64,000 nt of DNA, from the NCBI GenBank assembly GCA_001822815.1, contig MHSR01000008.1, forward strand, positions 49,602-113,601. The letters run 5' to 3'. Numbering within the stretch: position 1 is the first letter of the stretch; each line of letters begins with the position of its first letter. Origin of the DNA: Candidatus Terrybacteria bacterium RIFCSPHIGHO2_01_FULL_43_35. Lineage in GTDB: Bacteria > Patescibacteriota > Minisyncoccia > Terrybacterales > GWB1-40-14. The notes below the pieces were generated by a model. The model was not told the origin of the DNA. It saw nothing but the letters and a program-made list of their open reading frames with translations, and did no database searches. A program made the translations under genes and the position numbers. Positions 1 to 9,031 of the stretch are shown one piece after another.

Positions 1-194
1 TGCCAAGAAGGATGGGCGAGGTTGTGACAAAAAAACAGCTTGTCGCTCCCATTTCTTTATCCGCCTTGGCTCCTAAAAATAATTCTTCCGATTCCAACTC
101 TAAAGAACGCAAACCTCCCGATATAGAAGGTCTGCGGGAATTACTACATGGAGTAATGAGAGAAGAGGATTCAGATAAAAACGAAACCAAATAG
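1..194 (+). CDS. 3' end of a hypothetical protein; the reading frame is open to the window start (partial)
   Basis: No in-frame stop between position 1 and the listed 12..194 ORF. The sequence is low-complexity and Ser/Asp/Glu/Lys-rich with no recognisable domain. Confidence 0.3.
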   Translation, partial: PRRMGEVVTKKQLVAPISLSALAPKNNSSDSNSKERKPPDIEGLRELLHGVMREEDSDKNETK

Positions 195-240
195 CGATTT
201 TGAATCATTCTTAAAAATTCGTTGTCACCAACTATATATC

Positions 241-270
241 AAAAGCCGCTTTAGCGGCTTTTGTGTTTTG
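241..270 (+). terminator. Rho-independent terminator hairpin (aaaagccgctttagcggctttt + T-run)
   Basis: Perfect GC-rich stem 'agccgc ttt gcggct' followed by 'tttgtgtttt', downstream of the partial ORF. Confidence 0.55.
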
Positions 271-343
271 TTTACAAATCAAAATAATTATGATATAGTT
301 TCGGCAAGGAACATTGAAAATCCTGTATTCATAAGGAGAACAG

Positions 344-1717
344 ATGGAAGGTTCTAATTCTGTCAACAAGTCGCGCAAATCAATTTTTCATAAATTGAAG
401 TACAGAATAGCCGGAAGACACCTTTTTTATTTGGGGGGTCCCATAGATTCTAAAAAGGTTACGAATTATGGTTCCGATTGGCGCGAGCAATATTCGACCG
501 ATATAGTAACTTTGGGCGAAGAATTGGGGTTTAATTTTGCGGCTTACGATCCCTCGGAAGAAGAGCCTGATATGCTTGGCTACCCGTTTGAGGATTGGGG
601 CAACTTGAAAACTGCCTTGCGCATGAATAATGATTTTGCAACTTTTCGCAAGATGATGAGTGAGGTAATGAAGCTCGATCTCAAAAGAATATCACAGAGT
701 TGCACTGTGATCATGCGCTGGAAGAATGAAATACCGGCTTTCGGTACCATCCACGAACTTTTTTATGCCAGGCAGATCGGTATACCGGTAGTTCTGATCC
801 TTGAAGACAAACGTGAAGAACTTAATCCTTGGCTGGATTGCTTGACTGCGGATTTGGATATAGATATCTTTTATTCCTGGGCAGAGTTCTTAGCCGACCT
901 TCACGATAAACATAATCGCAGTTTGTGGTTTGCCTTCTTCATGCGTTATGGGCAAGTTATAAGAAGCTTGACCGTCGCATGGCGTAAATTACTATTTAGG
1001 TTGGTTGATATAATTGGTCCGCGCCCGTTTGCGTCATTCCGCGGGCGGCGTTCTTCGCAAGTTTATAAAGACGTTTCATCGCAGCATCAACCCTCGCATC
1101 CTTGGGCGATTATGCTAATAGGCCCTCCGTTAGGCGGCAAAACGACGCAGGCTGAAGAATTGTCCAGATTGCTTAACCTTCGTCATATAGAAACGAGCCA
1201 GCTTATACGTGATGCATTGGGTCTTTTACCAGAGAATTTGCAAGAGAACGAAGATTTCAGGATTGAACTATACGGTCAAAAATATTCACTTGTTGAAGAA
1301 AAACGAAAGTACGACGCGAAGGAATTAAATGATAGTAATTTTGTTTTCAGTCTTATTATTCAAGCCCTGGAAGAAGCTGCGGAGTCGCATAACGGCGTAG
1401 TTTTTAGCGGCTCGCCACGTCGTGTTGAAGAAGCTGAGCGTCTTGTTCCGAAACTTCGCGAAGTTTTACCGGAAGCCGTTACACGCGCCTTCGAGTTTGT
1501 TATTACGGACGATGTCGCTATAGCGCGGGCTTCTGAACGACAGCGCGAAGGGGATTTTGATACTCCTCAAAACGTTATAAAACGCATGCGTATTTACGAA
1601 GAACAGACGTATCCAGTTGTTGAATGGTTAAAGAAACATCGTGTAAGAGTAATACGCCTAGATGCCGGAAAGTCTAAAGCGCATATCACGCGCATGATAT
1701 TGCACAAAATAGACTAA
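344..1717 (+). CDS. Two-domain protein: N-terminal nucleoside 2-deoxyribosyltransferase-like domain fused to a C-terminal adenylate/nucleoside-monophosphate kinase-like P-loop domain
   Basis: N-terminus has 'LFYLGGPI' and '...AFGTIHELFYARQIGIPVV', reminiscent of NDT-family 'YLAGP' and 'GTxxExG...G.PV' motifs. C-terminus has 'MLIGPPLGGKTTQAEEL', resembling the adenylate kinase GxPGxGKGTQ P-loop. AGGAGA RBS 7 nt upstream. Confidence 0.5.
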   Translation: MEGSNSVNKSRKSIFHKLKYRIAGRHLFYLGGPIDSKKVTNYGSDWREQYSTDIVTLGEELGFNFAAYDPSEEEPDMLGYPFEDWGNLKTALRMNNDFATFRKMMSEVMKLDLKRISQSCTVIMRWKNEIPAFGTIHELFYARQIGIPVVLILEDKREELNPWLDCLTADLDIDIFYSWAEFLADLHDKHNRSLWFAFFMRYGQVIRSLTVAWRKLLFRLVDIIGPRPFASFRGRRSSQVYKDVSSQHQPSHPWAIMLIGPPLGGKTTQAEELSRLLNLRHIETSQLIRDALGLLPENLQENEDFRIELYGQKYSLVEEKRKYDAKELNDSNFVFSLIIQALEEAAESHNGVVFSGSPRRVEEAERLVPKLREVLPEAVTRAFEFVITDDVAIARASERQREGDFDTPQNVIKRMRIYEEQTYPVVEWLKKHRVRVIRLDAGKSKAHITRMILHKID

Positions 1718-1725
1718 AAAACACT

Positions 1726-1750
1726 CCGCCATACAGGCGGAGTTTTTAAA
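1726..1750 (+). terminator. Rho-independent terminator (actccgccatacaggcggagt + ttttt)
   Basis: Hairpin immediately after the stop at 1717, followed by a T-run. Confidence 0.55.
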
Positions 1751-1792
1751 TAATATATTGTGCAAATCGTTGATTTATTATAGAAATATCCC

Positions 1793-2881
1793 ATGGACAA
1801 TAAAACCAATAAAAAGATTTATGTGGGTTTGTCTGGAGGAGTAGACAGTTCAGTAGCCGCCGCCTTGCTTAAAGAGCAGGGTTTTGATGTTACGGGTATT
1901 TTCATTAAATGTTGGTCGCCGGAATTTGCCGGATTTTCTTCGGCAGAAGAATGCCCTTGGGAGCAGGATCAGAAAGATGCTGAAGATGTTGCTAAAAAAT
2001 TAGGCGTTCCGTTCAAATCGCTCAATTTGGAAAAGGAGTATTGGGAAAGGGTTTCTAGTCCGACAATTCAAGATTACGCGCGAGGGTTAACTCCAAACCC
2101 GGATGTTCTATGTAATAAAGAAATAAAATTCGGTTTATTTTTGGAATATGCCTTGCGTCAAGGAGCGGATTTGATAGCTACGGGTCATTACGTTAAAAAA
2201 TCAGCTGATAATTCTTTATTGTGCGCTGAAGACATCAATAAAGACCAGTCTTATTTCTTGTGGATGTTGAATAGAGTGCAGTTAGAAAAATGCCTATTTC
2301 CGATAGGAGATTATACAAAACAAGAGGTACGCGATATGGCCAGAAAATATGCTTTGCCTACCGCAGAAAAATCAGACAGTCAGGGCATATGTTTTGTAGG
2401 CAATGTTCCAATACGCCAATTCCTCAAGCATTATATTGAAGAGAGGCCGGGTGAAGTAGTAACCTTAAACGGTAAGGTTGTTGGACGTCATGAAGGCGTT
2501 GCATTCTATACTATCGGTCAACGTCGGGGGATCGGTTCATTCGGAGGCGAAGCACCGTATTATGTTACTAAAAAGGATTTATCCGCAAATACTATTACTG
2601 TTGTCCCGCCCTCGCAAATAGAACAGCTTTATCAAGACAAACTCGTCGCTTCAAATACAAATTGGATCAGTGGACTTCAGCCAGTTTTGCCATTAAAGTG
2701 TTTTTGCAGGATAAGATATAGGCAAGAATTGCAGAAATGTACCATTGTTGATTTTACTGACGGTTATTTGCAAGTTGAATTTAGTAAGCCTCAGAGAGGC
2801 ATAGCTGAGGGGCAATCAATCGTTTTTTATGACAAAGATGTTGTAATAGGCGGAGCAATTATCCACCACAATTTTACTTGA
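1793..2881 (+). CDS. mnmA: tRNA-specific 2-thiouridylase MnmA
   Basis: N-terminal 'KIYVGLSGGVDSSVAA' PP-loop and overall MnmA-like sequence; typical ~360 aa length. Confidence 0.9.
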   Translation: MDNKTNKKIYVGLSGGVDSSVAAALLKEQGFDVTGIFIKCWSPEFAGFSSAEECPWEQDQKDAEDVAKKLGVPFKSLNLEKEYWERVSSPTIQDYARGLTPNPDVLCNKEIKFGLFLEYALRQGADLIATGHYVKKSADNSLLCAEDINKDQSYFLWMLNRVQLEKCLFPIGDYTKQEVRDMARKYALPTAEKSDSQGICFVGNVPIRQFLKHYIEERPGEVVTLNGKVVGRHEGVAFYTIGQRRGIGSFGGEAPYYVTKKDLSANTITVVPPSQIEQLYQDKLVASNTNWISGLQPVLPLKCFCRIRYRQELQKCTIVDFTDGYLQVEFSKPQRGIAEGQSIVFYDKDVVIGGAIIHHNFT

Positions 2882-2896
2882 AGTTTTTAGAAACAT

Positions 2897-4762
2897 ATGA
2901 CTTTCAAAGAAATAAGAGAAAAATTTATAAAATTTTTTGAAAGGCATGGCCATACAGCTGTGCCATCTTCTTCTTTGATTCCCGACGATCCTTCGGTTTT
3001 ATTGACTACGGCAGGTATGCAGCAGTTTAAGCCCTATTGGGGGGAACTTGATCCGGAGCAAACTATACATCCCAGCATAGGCAAACCAGTTGGTAAAAAT
3101 GCCGTTTCTATACAGAAATCCTTTAGGACTTCGGATATAGATGAAGTGGGAGATGAAAGCCACCTTACTTTCTTTGAAATGATGGGCAATTTTAGCTTCG
3201 GCGGCTACTTTAAGAAAGAGGCTATTGCTTATGCGCATGAGTTTCTTACCAAAGAATTGGGTCTTAAAATTTCATATGTAACCGTATTTGAAGGAAATGA
3301 AGCTATGGGCGTTCCTGAAGATAAAGAGTCAGCTGCCATATGGAAAGAGCTTGATCCTGCTATAAGGATTGAAAAACAAGGCATGGAAAACGTTTTTTGG
3401 GGTCCTACAGGCGCTTCTGGTCCTTGTGGTCCCACCACGGAGGTTTATTTTAAAAATGCCCAGGGACAGGATATAGAAACGTGGAATTTAGTTTTTAACG
3501 AATATTTTTATCCTGGTTCACGCGAAGAATTATTAAACAGCGCGCCAGGAAAAAAGTTGGAAAAATTAAAAACACCAGGAGTTGATACGGGTATGGGGCT
3601 TGAACGGATAGCAATGATTGTTCAAGAAAAGAAAAATATTTTTGAAACTGATCTATTTGAACCTATATTAAGAGCCGTTATTGAAATTCAAGGAGATAAG
3701 CCAATTCAGCAGATTAGGTTAATCGCAGATCATTTGAGGGCAGTAACTTTTTTGATTGCCGATGGTCTTGAGCCAGGAATAGATGAGCGTAATTATATTC
3801 CGAGACGTTTAATACGAGATGCTATGACGGCTCATTATTTGTATATAGGGGCAGGTATAGATATCAATTTCTGTGTTGATCCTGTAAATACAATTATTGA
3901 TATATATAGAAAAGATTATCCGTATCTTTTAGAAAAGCGAGAAGAAATTATTTCGATAATACGAAAGGAGACAGAAAATTTTTCTAAGGTTTTAAAATTG
4001 GTTGGTAATGTTTTGGATCTAAAAAAACAATATATTAGTTTTAGTACAGAAAAGAAATGGCCCGAGGTTAGATCGGGAACAGATATAATTGATTTAGACG
4101 GCAAAATTTTATTCGATATACGTCAGTCTATAGGAGTAAGCTGGTCGCAAATGAAAATGGTTATAGAAAAAGAAGGATTTGAATTAGGCGATAAAGTGCT
4201 TACTGAATATGATGAGGCGTATAAAAAACACCAGGAATTGTCTCGTGCCGGTCAGGAAAGAAAATTCGGCGGACACGGGCTTCTTTTAGATACCGGCGAA
4301 CTCAAAGCCGCCAACGAGGAAGAGCTCAAAAAAGTTACCCGTCTTCATACCGCAACGCATATGCTCCAGGCGGCTTTGCGCCAGATTTTGGGTCAGGAGA
4401 TTTATCAGATGGGATCGGATATAACCGTTGAAAGACTTAGATTTGACTTCACTTTCTCAAGAAAAGTCACTCCCGAAGAATTATTACAAGTAGAATCTCT
4501 AGTGCGACGAAAGGTTAGTGAGAATTTGCCGGTTAACAAAACAGAAATGCCAATTGAAGATGCTAAAAATTCAGGAGCCCTTACTGTTGCAACAGCAAAA
4601 TATCCCCCGATGGTTAAAGTTTACTCTATAGATGATTTTTCAAGAGAAGTTTGCGGCGGACCCCATGTTTCCCGCACATCCGAAGTGGGTGAGTTCAAAA
4701 TAATTAAGGAAGAAGCTTCTTCAACCGGAATTCGCAGAATTAGAGCTGTAGTTTCGCCATAA
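2897..4762 (+). CDS. alaS: Alanyl-tRNA synthetase, short form (621 aa)
   Basis: AlaRS class-II N-terminus ('FKEIREKFIKFFERHGH...LLTTAGMQQFKPYW'). Editing-domain motifs 'HTATHML' (HxxxH) and 'CGGPHV' (CxxxH) are present. The C-terminal C-Ala domain appears absent. Confidence 0.85.
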   Translation: MTFKEIREKFIKFFERHGHTAVPSSSLIPDDPSVLLTTAGMQQFKPYWGELDPEQTIHPSIGKPVGKNAVSIQKSFRTSDIDEVGDESHLTFFEMMGNFSFGGYFKKEAIAYAHEFLTKELGLKISYVTVFEGNEAMGVPEDKESAAIWKELDPAIRIEKQGMENVFWGPTGASGPCGPTTEVYFKNAQGQDIETWNLVFNEYFYPGSREELLNSAPGKKLEKLKTPGVDTGMGLERIAMIVQEKKNIFETDLFEPILRAVIEIQGDKPIQQIRLIADHLRAVTFLIADGLEPGIDERNYIPRRLIRDAMTAHYLYIGAGIDINFCVDPVNTIIDIYRKDYPYLLEKREEIISIIRKETENFSKVLKLVGNVLDLKKQYISFSTEKKWPEVRSGTDIIDLDGKILFDIRQSIGVSWSQMKMVIEKEGFELGDKVLTEYDEAYKKHQELSRAGQERKFGGHGLLLDTGELKAANEEELKKVTRLHTATHMLQAALRQILGQEIYQMGSDITVERLRFDFTFSRKVTPEELLQVESLVRRKVSENLPVNKTEMPIEDAKNSGALTVATAKYPPMVKVYSIDDFSREVCGGPHVSRTSEVGEFKIIKEEASSTGIRRIRAVVSP

Positions 4763-4796
4763 ATTTGAGTTATCAACAATTGGTTTAAATGTAAAG

Positions 4797-6032
4797 ATGC
4801 ATTATAATAAGGGAGTAATGCGTTTTCCATTTTTTGATTCTTCAACCAGGAGCAAAAAAATTCTAATTATTCCGGATGGTGTTAAATCCAACGTTTTTGT
4901 TTTAAGTAATGATGGTAAATTGCAGCGTTTTGTGTTTTTGCTTGAAGATAGTGAAGATAGCAAACCAAATATTTTTGCCTTTGCTCCTTGGCTTGAAGCT
5001 CGCGAGCAATTTTTTTATAAAATAAAGTCGCAAATTAAAGATACATCAGACAGTATGTTGACCGTTGCTTTCCCGACGGGCGTATGCCGCCTTGTATCCA
5101 CGTCTTTTCGGCTTAACAGGCATAGACCATCAGATAAAATAGAGGAGCGGGAAATACAAAATCAAGTTTATTCAGTAATGCAGGAGGCGAGAGAAAATCT
5201 GCGCAAAGAACTTATAAACGAAGGTGGGGGAAGTTTTGTTTTGATCGACGTAACAATGGCAGATTTTAAAATAGATGATTTTGCTGTAAATAATCCAGTT
5301 GGCTTGAGGGGTAACGTAGTGGAAGCAAAATTAATAGCCATTTTTGTTTTTGCCGAGGCGGTTAATTTTGCCGAAAACCTTGCCCAAAGTTTAGGAGTAA
5401 AATTTCTGCACCAAACTTCTTTTGCCGCATTGGTTGTCCCATCCATATCTTCTATGTTTAAAAATGATAAAATTGGCTGTGGTATACTTTTTCGCGAACA
5501 GGCAACGGATATATTAATGTTTGTATCGGGAACCTTAAAATCCGTGCACACCATTTCTATGGGACGTAATGATTTCGTTAAGATTATCGCAGAAACTTTT
5601 GCACTACCGTTTATAGAAGCAGACCGAGCATTACTTGCCGATGCTCAAGGATTGTTGAGTCGAAGCATGAGCAATAGGATAAGGAAAGTTTTGAATTCAT
5701 CTACAAAACAATGGCTTTCTGCCCTCGAAATTATTTTGAATGAAAAAATAGTAAAGAATAATATACTTCCCTCCAGACTTGTTTTTTGTGGAAGCGCGTC
5801 ATTCCCTAGGGATATAATTATGAATCTTGGTTTAAGCTCTCCAGAACATGAGTCTTCACGGACAATTATCCAACCCGAAAATCTTTTTTCTTCGATTGCT
5901 CAAAAGGAATTATCACAATTCAATCTTGTCAATTTGGTTTATCCGTGGATAGCAGCAAAAGTCGATAAACAAAAAGCCATTATCGGGCCAGCTTTAATAC
6001 TTAAGGTATTTCCAACCGTAAACAGAGTATGA
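4797..6032 (+). CDS. Actin-fold ATPase, FtsA-like (divergent)
   Basis: 'NNPVGLRGNVVEAKLIAIFV' matches the FtsA 'NPVGLSGVRMQAKVHLI' segment; ~410 aa. The N-terminal phosphate-binding motif is not obvious and no ftsZ is adjacent. Confidence 0.4.
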   Translation: MHYNKGVMRFPFFDSSTRSKKILIIPDGVKSNVFVLSNDGKLQRFVFLLEDSEDSKPNIFAFAPWLEAREQFFYKIKSQIKDTSDSMLTVAFPTGVCRLVSTSFRLNRHRPSDKIEEREIQNQVYSVMQEARENLRKELINEGGGSFVLIDVTMADFKIDDFAVNNPVGLRGNVVEAKLIAIFVFAEAVNFAENLAQSLGVKFLHQTSFAALVVPSISSMFKNDKIGCGILFREQATDILMFVSGTLKSVHTISMGRNDFVKIIAETFALPFIEADRALLADAQGLLSRSMSNRIRKVLNSSTKQWLSALEIILNEKIVKNNILPSRLVFCGSASFPRDIIMNLGLSSPEHESSRTIIQPENLFSSIAQKELSQFNLVNLVYPWIAAKVDKQKAIIGPALILKVFPTVNRV

Positions 6033-7750
6033 TTACGATCAATGTTTTACCGGAAGAAGAGTTATTGTCGGTTATAGACAAAATTGTCACGTCTCAGCAA
6101 CCAGATATCCGTTTGATCATTCCCAACGGCGCTAGAATCCTTGAAAGTGTTGAAAATTTCTCGCTTATCAAGCGTGAAGCCGAGGGTGCGGGTAAAGTAG
6201 TGTCTGTTGCCACAGCCGATCCAAGGGCGCGATCTTTTGCGCAATCGGTCGGTTTGGCGGTTTTTGCTGTTCCGTTATCTTATCAGGATGAAAATTTGAA
6301 TGCCGCGGCTTTCCGGCCAAGCATGTCTGATATTTTGCCGCCGTCATTTTCTGTGCATAGCGTTGTACCTCGTGCAGGTCAAGTTAAACCGATCGCTAAT
6401 ATTAGCTCCGTTCACCCGGCAGAAGAACCAAAAGAAAGGCAGGTAGATAAGAATAAAGACCGCAATTTTATAACCGAAGAATCCAGGGATATTATAGATC
6501 CACTTTTATTTCCTGAATCAGGACACGAATTTACTGATACGAATGATAAGAAAGAATTATCCCAAAGAGATAAAAATATTTTTATCTCGGTAATCAAAAA
6601 ATTCGGCTCCTGGCCTTTTTTGATTACTATTAGCGGTGGATTGGCCGCAGTAATAGTTGCTTACGCGCTTTTTCTTTCACCGCGAGCTGAATTAACCATA
6701 ATTCCCAGAACCGATGATTTTTCTTCAGATTTTTCTTTTGTTGTCGCTACAGATCCTGGTTCAGATGACATATCTGGTCAGATGGTTGAAATACAAAAAG
6801 AAGCCAGCGCAGAAATTTCATCTTCAGGTACAGCTACCGTTGAAGATAAGGCGCATGGCACCGTAAAGATTTTCAATGCTTATAGTTCTTCTCAACAGAC
6901 TTTGGTTGAGACCACGCGGTTAGTTTCTCAGGACGGAAAACTTTTCAGAACAGCCGCAACCGTCGTTATACCAGGCGCTACTATAGATAACGGCGAAATA
7001 ATTCCTTCTTCTATAGATGTGCCCATAATCGCGAATGAAGCTGGGCCAGAATATAACATTGGTCCTTCAACTTTTTCCATTCCAGGTTTCCAGGGCACGC
7101 CAAAGTATACTAAATTTTTCGGACGTTCTTCAGAGGCAATGGTTGGCGGTGCTAAAGGTACGGTTAAAGTTGTTAGCGACACCGACGTAAAGAAAGCTGA
7201 AGACGCGGCCTCTAAAGATGCCTTAGCCCAAGCCGAAGAAGAATTTGCGCAAAAGATACCTGATGGGTTTAAACTTTTAGACAGCGCCCGTTTTTTAAAT
7301 CAAGAAACCTTATCTAATGCCGCCTCTGGCGATAAAATGGACTCGATCAGATCTATCTCTAAGGTTCGCATACGCGCCATGCTTTTCCGCGAAGACGATA
7401 TTTATTCCATGATAAATGTTTTGCTCGAGAAGCAGTTTACGGCTCAAGTTGAACCAGTAGCGGGTAGCATTAAAATCGATTATTCTGTGCCGACTTTGGA
7501 ATTAGACAAAGGTCGTATGAAACTTGAGGTTAAAGTAGATGAAAGGGTGGCATGGAAGGTTGATATTGCGGATATTAAGAACGAGATTGCCGGCAAGAGT
7601 GAAGAAGAAATAAAGCAAATTATCGGCGCCAGAAGTGATATTGCGTCTGGTAAGGCTACATTTAGACCGGCCTGGGTAGATAAGGCTCCAAGCGATGTTT
7701 CTCGTATCACTATTAAACTTATTTTGGATGCAAATACCTCCTCTGAATAA
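6029..7750 (+). CDS. Hypothetical membrane-anchored protein (573 aa), probably co-transcribed with the FtsA-like gene
   Basis: Overlaps the upstream stop by 4 nt. Has one central TM segment ('FLITISGGLAAVIVAYALFL') and a Ser/Thr-rich extracellular region; no recognisable domain. Confidence 0.4.
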   Translation: MITINVLPEEELLSVIDKIVTSQQPDIRLIIPNGARILESVENFSLIKREAEGAGKVVSVATADPRARSFAQSVGLAVFAVPLSYQDENLNAAAFRPSMSDILPPSFSVHSVVPRAGQVKPIANISSVHPAEEPKERQVDKNKDRNFITEESRDIIDPLLFPESGHEFTDTNDKKELSQRDKNIFISVIKKFGSWPFLITISGGLAAVIVAYALFLSPRAELTIIPRTDDFSSDFSFVVATDPGSDDISGQMVEIQKEASAEISSSGTATVEDKAHGTVKIFNAYSSSQQTLVETTRLVSQDGKLFRTAATVVIPGATIDNGEIIPSSIDVPIIANEAGPEYNIGPSTFSIPGFQGTPKYTKFFGRSSEAMVGGAKGTVKVVSDTDVKKAEDAASKDALAQAEEEFAQKIPDGFKLLDSARFLNQETLSNAASGDKMDSIRSISKVRIRAMLFREDDIYSMINVLLEKQFTAQVEPVAGSIKIDYSVPTLELDKGRMKLEVKVDERVAWKVDIADIKNEIAGKSEEEIKQIIGARSDIASGKATFRPAWVDKAPSDVSRITIKLILDANTSSE

Positions 7751-7783
7751 CAAACCAGAGTGGTCTTTTTGTAAATATAAAAC

Positions 7784-7806
7784 GGCTGGGTAACCCAGCC
7801 TTTTCT
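7784..7806 (+). terminator. Rho-independent terminator (ggctgggtaacccagcc + ttttc)
   Basis: Perfect 7-bp GC stem with a 3-nt loop and T-run, 34 nt after the stop at 7750. Confidence 0.65.
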
Positions 7807-7925
7807 TGCTCTCTAGCTTAAACGCGGAGCTTTATGCCTCTACTGCAGAGACCGCGCCCCAGCGCTCGGCGCGTCTAAGGCGTCTAAGGGATCCGTGGGG
7901 CGAGCCTTGTCTCTAACGGGGTTGA

Positions 7926-8054
7926 CCCCGTTAGAAATTTACAGCAGTTATTTACTATTTATTGTAAGCTTTAGCCTTTGTAGCGTATGGCAATGGCGAG
8001 AAAAGGCAAAGGCCTTTTCTCATGGCTAAATATAGCCGTAAACTTCTAACGGGG
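7926..8054. repeat. MITE-like repeat, copy A (~129 bp) with ~19-bp terminal inverted repeats
   Basis: Left end 'ccccgttagaaatttacagcag', right end 'gccgtaaacttctaacgggg' (reverse-complement related). Near-identical to the copy at 13796..13923. Flanked on both sides by 'TTGAC'. Confidence 0.6.
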
Positions 8055-8082
8055 TTGACACATTCGTATTAAACATGATAAT
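8055..8082 (+). promoter_or_regulatory. Putative sigma70-like promoter formed at the right junction of the MITE (TTGACA-16-GATAAT) upstream of infA
   Basis: 'ttgaca' directly follows the repeat end; 'gataat' sits 16 nt downstream; infA ATG is at 8162. Confidence 0.35.
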
Positions 8083-8161
8083 CTCGGTTTTGTTGTGTGG
8101 TTTGCACAAAATCTTAAGTATTAATGCCGATGAAGCATTTTTATTTTGTTTATAACCTATT

Positions 8162-8374
8162 ATGGGCAGTTTAGGAGTGCGTAAGTCCGGAACAGTTACT
8201 GAAGCATTGCCCGCTACCTTATTTAAGGTGCGCCTTGAAGAAGGACAAGAAATTTTGGCCCATCTATCAGGCAAAATGCGAGTAAATTTCATACGGATTT
8301 TACCAGGAGATCGTGTTGTAGTTGAACTGCCAGATGCTAATTCTTCTCGCGGCAGGATTGTTTATCGCGAGTAA
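8162..8374 (+). CDS. infA: Translation initiation factor IF-1
   Basis: S1-like OB fold: '...[47 protein letters not shown]...GRIVYR' matches IF-1 over its full length. Confidence 0.9.
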   Translation: MGSLGVRKSGTVTEALPATLFKVRLEEGQEILAHLSGKMRVNFIRILPGDRVVVELPDANSSRGRIVYRE

Positions 8375-8399
8375 ATTTAGCGTCGCAAGTCTTTATTTT

Positions 8400-8513
8400 A
8401 TGAAAGTTAGGGCCTCTGTTAAAAAAATGTGTCGGGATTGTAAGATAGTCCGAAGACGCGGACGGGTTTCCGTTATCTGCAAAAATCCTAAGCACAAACA
8501 AAGACAAGGTTAA
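8400..8513 (+). CDS. rpmJ: 50S ribosomal protein L36
   Basis: '[37 protein letters not shown]' is canonical L36. It is the internal ATG of listed ORF 8322..8513, whose upstream extension is spurious. Confidence 0.9.
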   Translation: MKVRASVKKMCRDCKIVRRRGRVSVICKNPKHKQRQG

Positions 8514-8612
8514 GCGGCCCCCGGTATAAATGAAAAAGTAAAATAAAAGATGGTCGTCTATGGCAATAAACCAAAATTTTAAATTTTCCATTTTTAATTT
8601 TAAATTTGAAAC

Positions 8613-8999
8613 ATGCCGCGTATTGCAGGAATAAATATACCAGAAAATAAAAATATAGAAATTTCCCTCTGTTCCATTTATGGTATCGGACGTAGTCGGG
8701 CGCGTGGGATTTTGAAGGCCGCGCAAGTCAATGCGCAGCGTAAAACTTCGGAATTATCTGCCGTAGAAGTTGCGCGCATCCGCGATTTTATAGAGAAAAA
8801 TTATCGTGTGGAGGGAGAATTGCGTCAGGAAAAATTGGCCAATATTAAGCTTCTAAAAGATATTGCTAGCTACCGTGGTATACGCCATGCTAAACGCCTT
8901 CCAGTTCGCGGTCAGCGCACCAAGACTAATTCACGAACTATACGTGGTAATGTAAGACGCACCGTCGGAAGTGGTAGAAGGAAACTGGAAAAAACATAG
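8613..8999 (+). CDS. rpsM: 30S ribosomal protein S13
   Basis: 'MPRIAGINIPENKNIEISLCSIYGIGRSRA...' is the canonical S13 N-terminus. Confidence 0.95.
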   Translation: MPRIAGINIPENKNIEISLCSIYGIGRSRARGILKAAQVNAQRKTSELSAVEVARIRDFIEKNYRVEGELRQEKLANIKLLKDIASYRGIRHAKRLPVRGQRTKTNSRTIRGNVRRTVGSGRRKLEKT

Positions 9000-9031
9000 T
9001 TTATCATAATTTCGAATGTAGAATTTTTATT

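Noticed and set aside
7757-7925. GC-rich stretch with tandem 'GCGTCTAAGG' x2 left of MITE copy A, considered as a tRNA or tmRNA
   Set aside because: No cloverleaf can be drawn (no T-loop 'TTCGA', no acceptor pairing). It is more likely part of the terminator and repeat junction.
8322-8399. Upstream extension of the rpmJ ORF overlapping the end of infA
   Set aside because: L36 begins at the internal '[11 protein letters not shown]'. The extension is a hydrophobic read-through of the infA 3' region.
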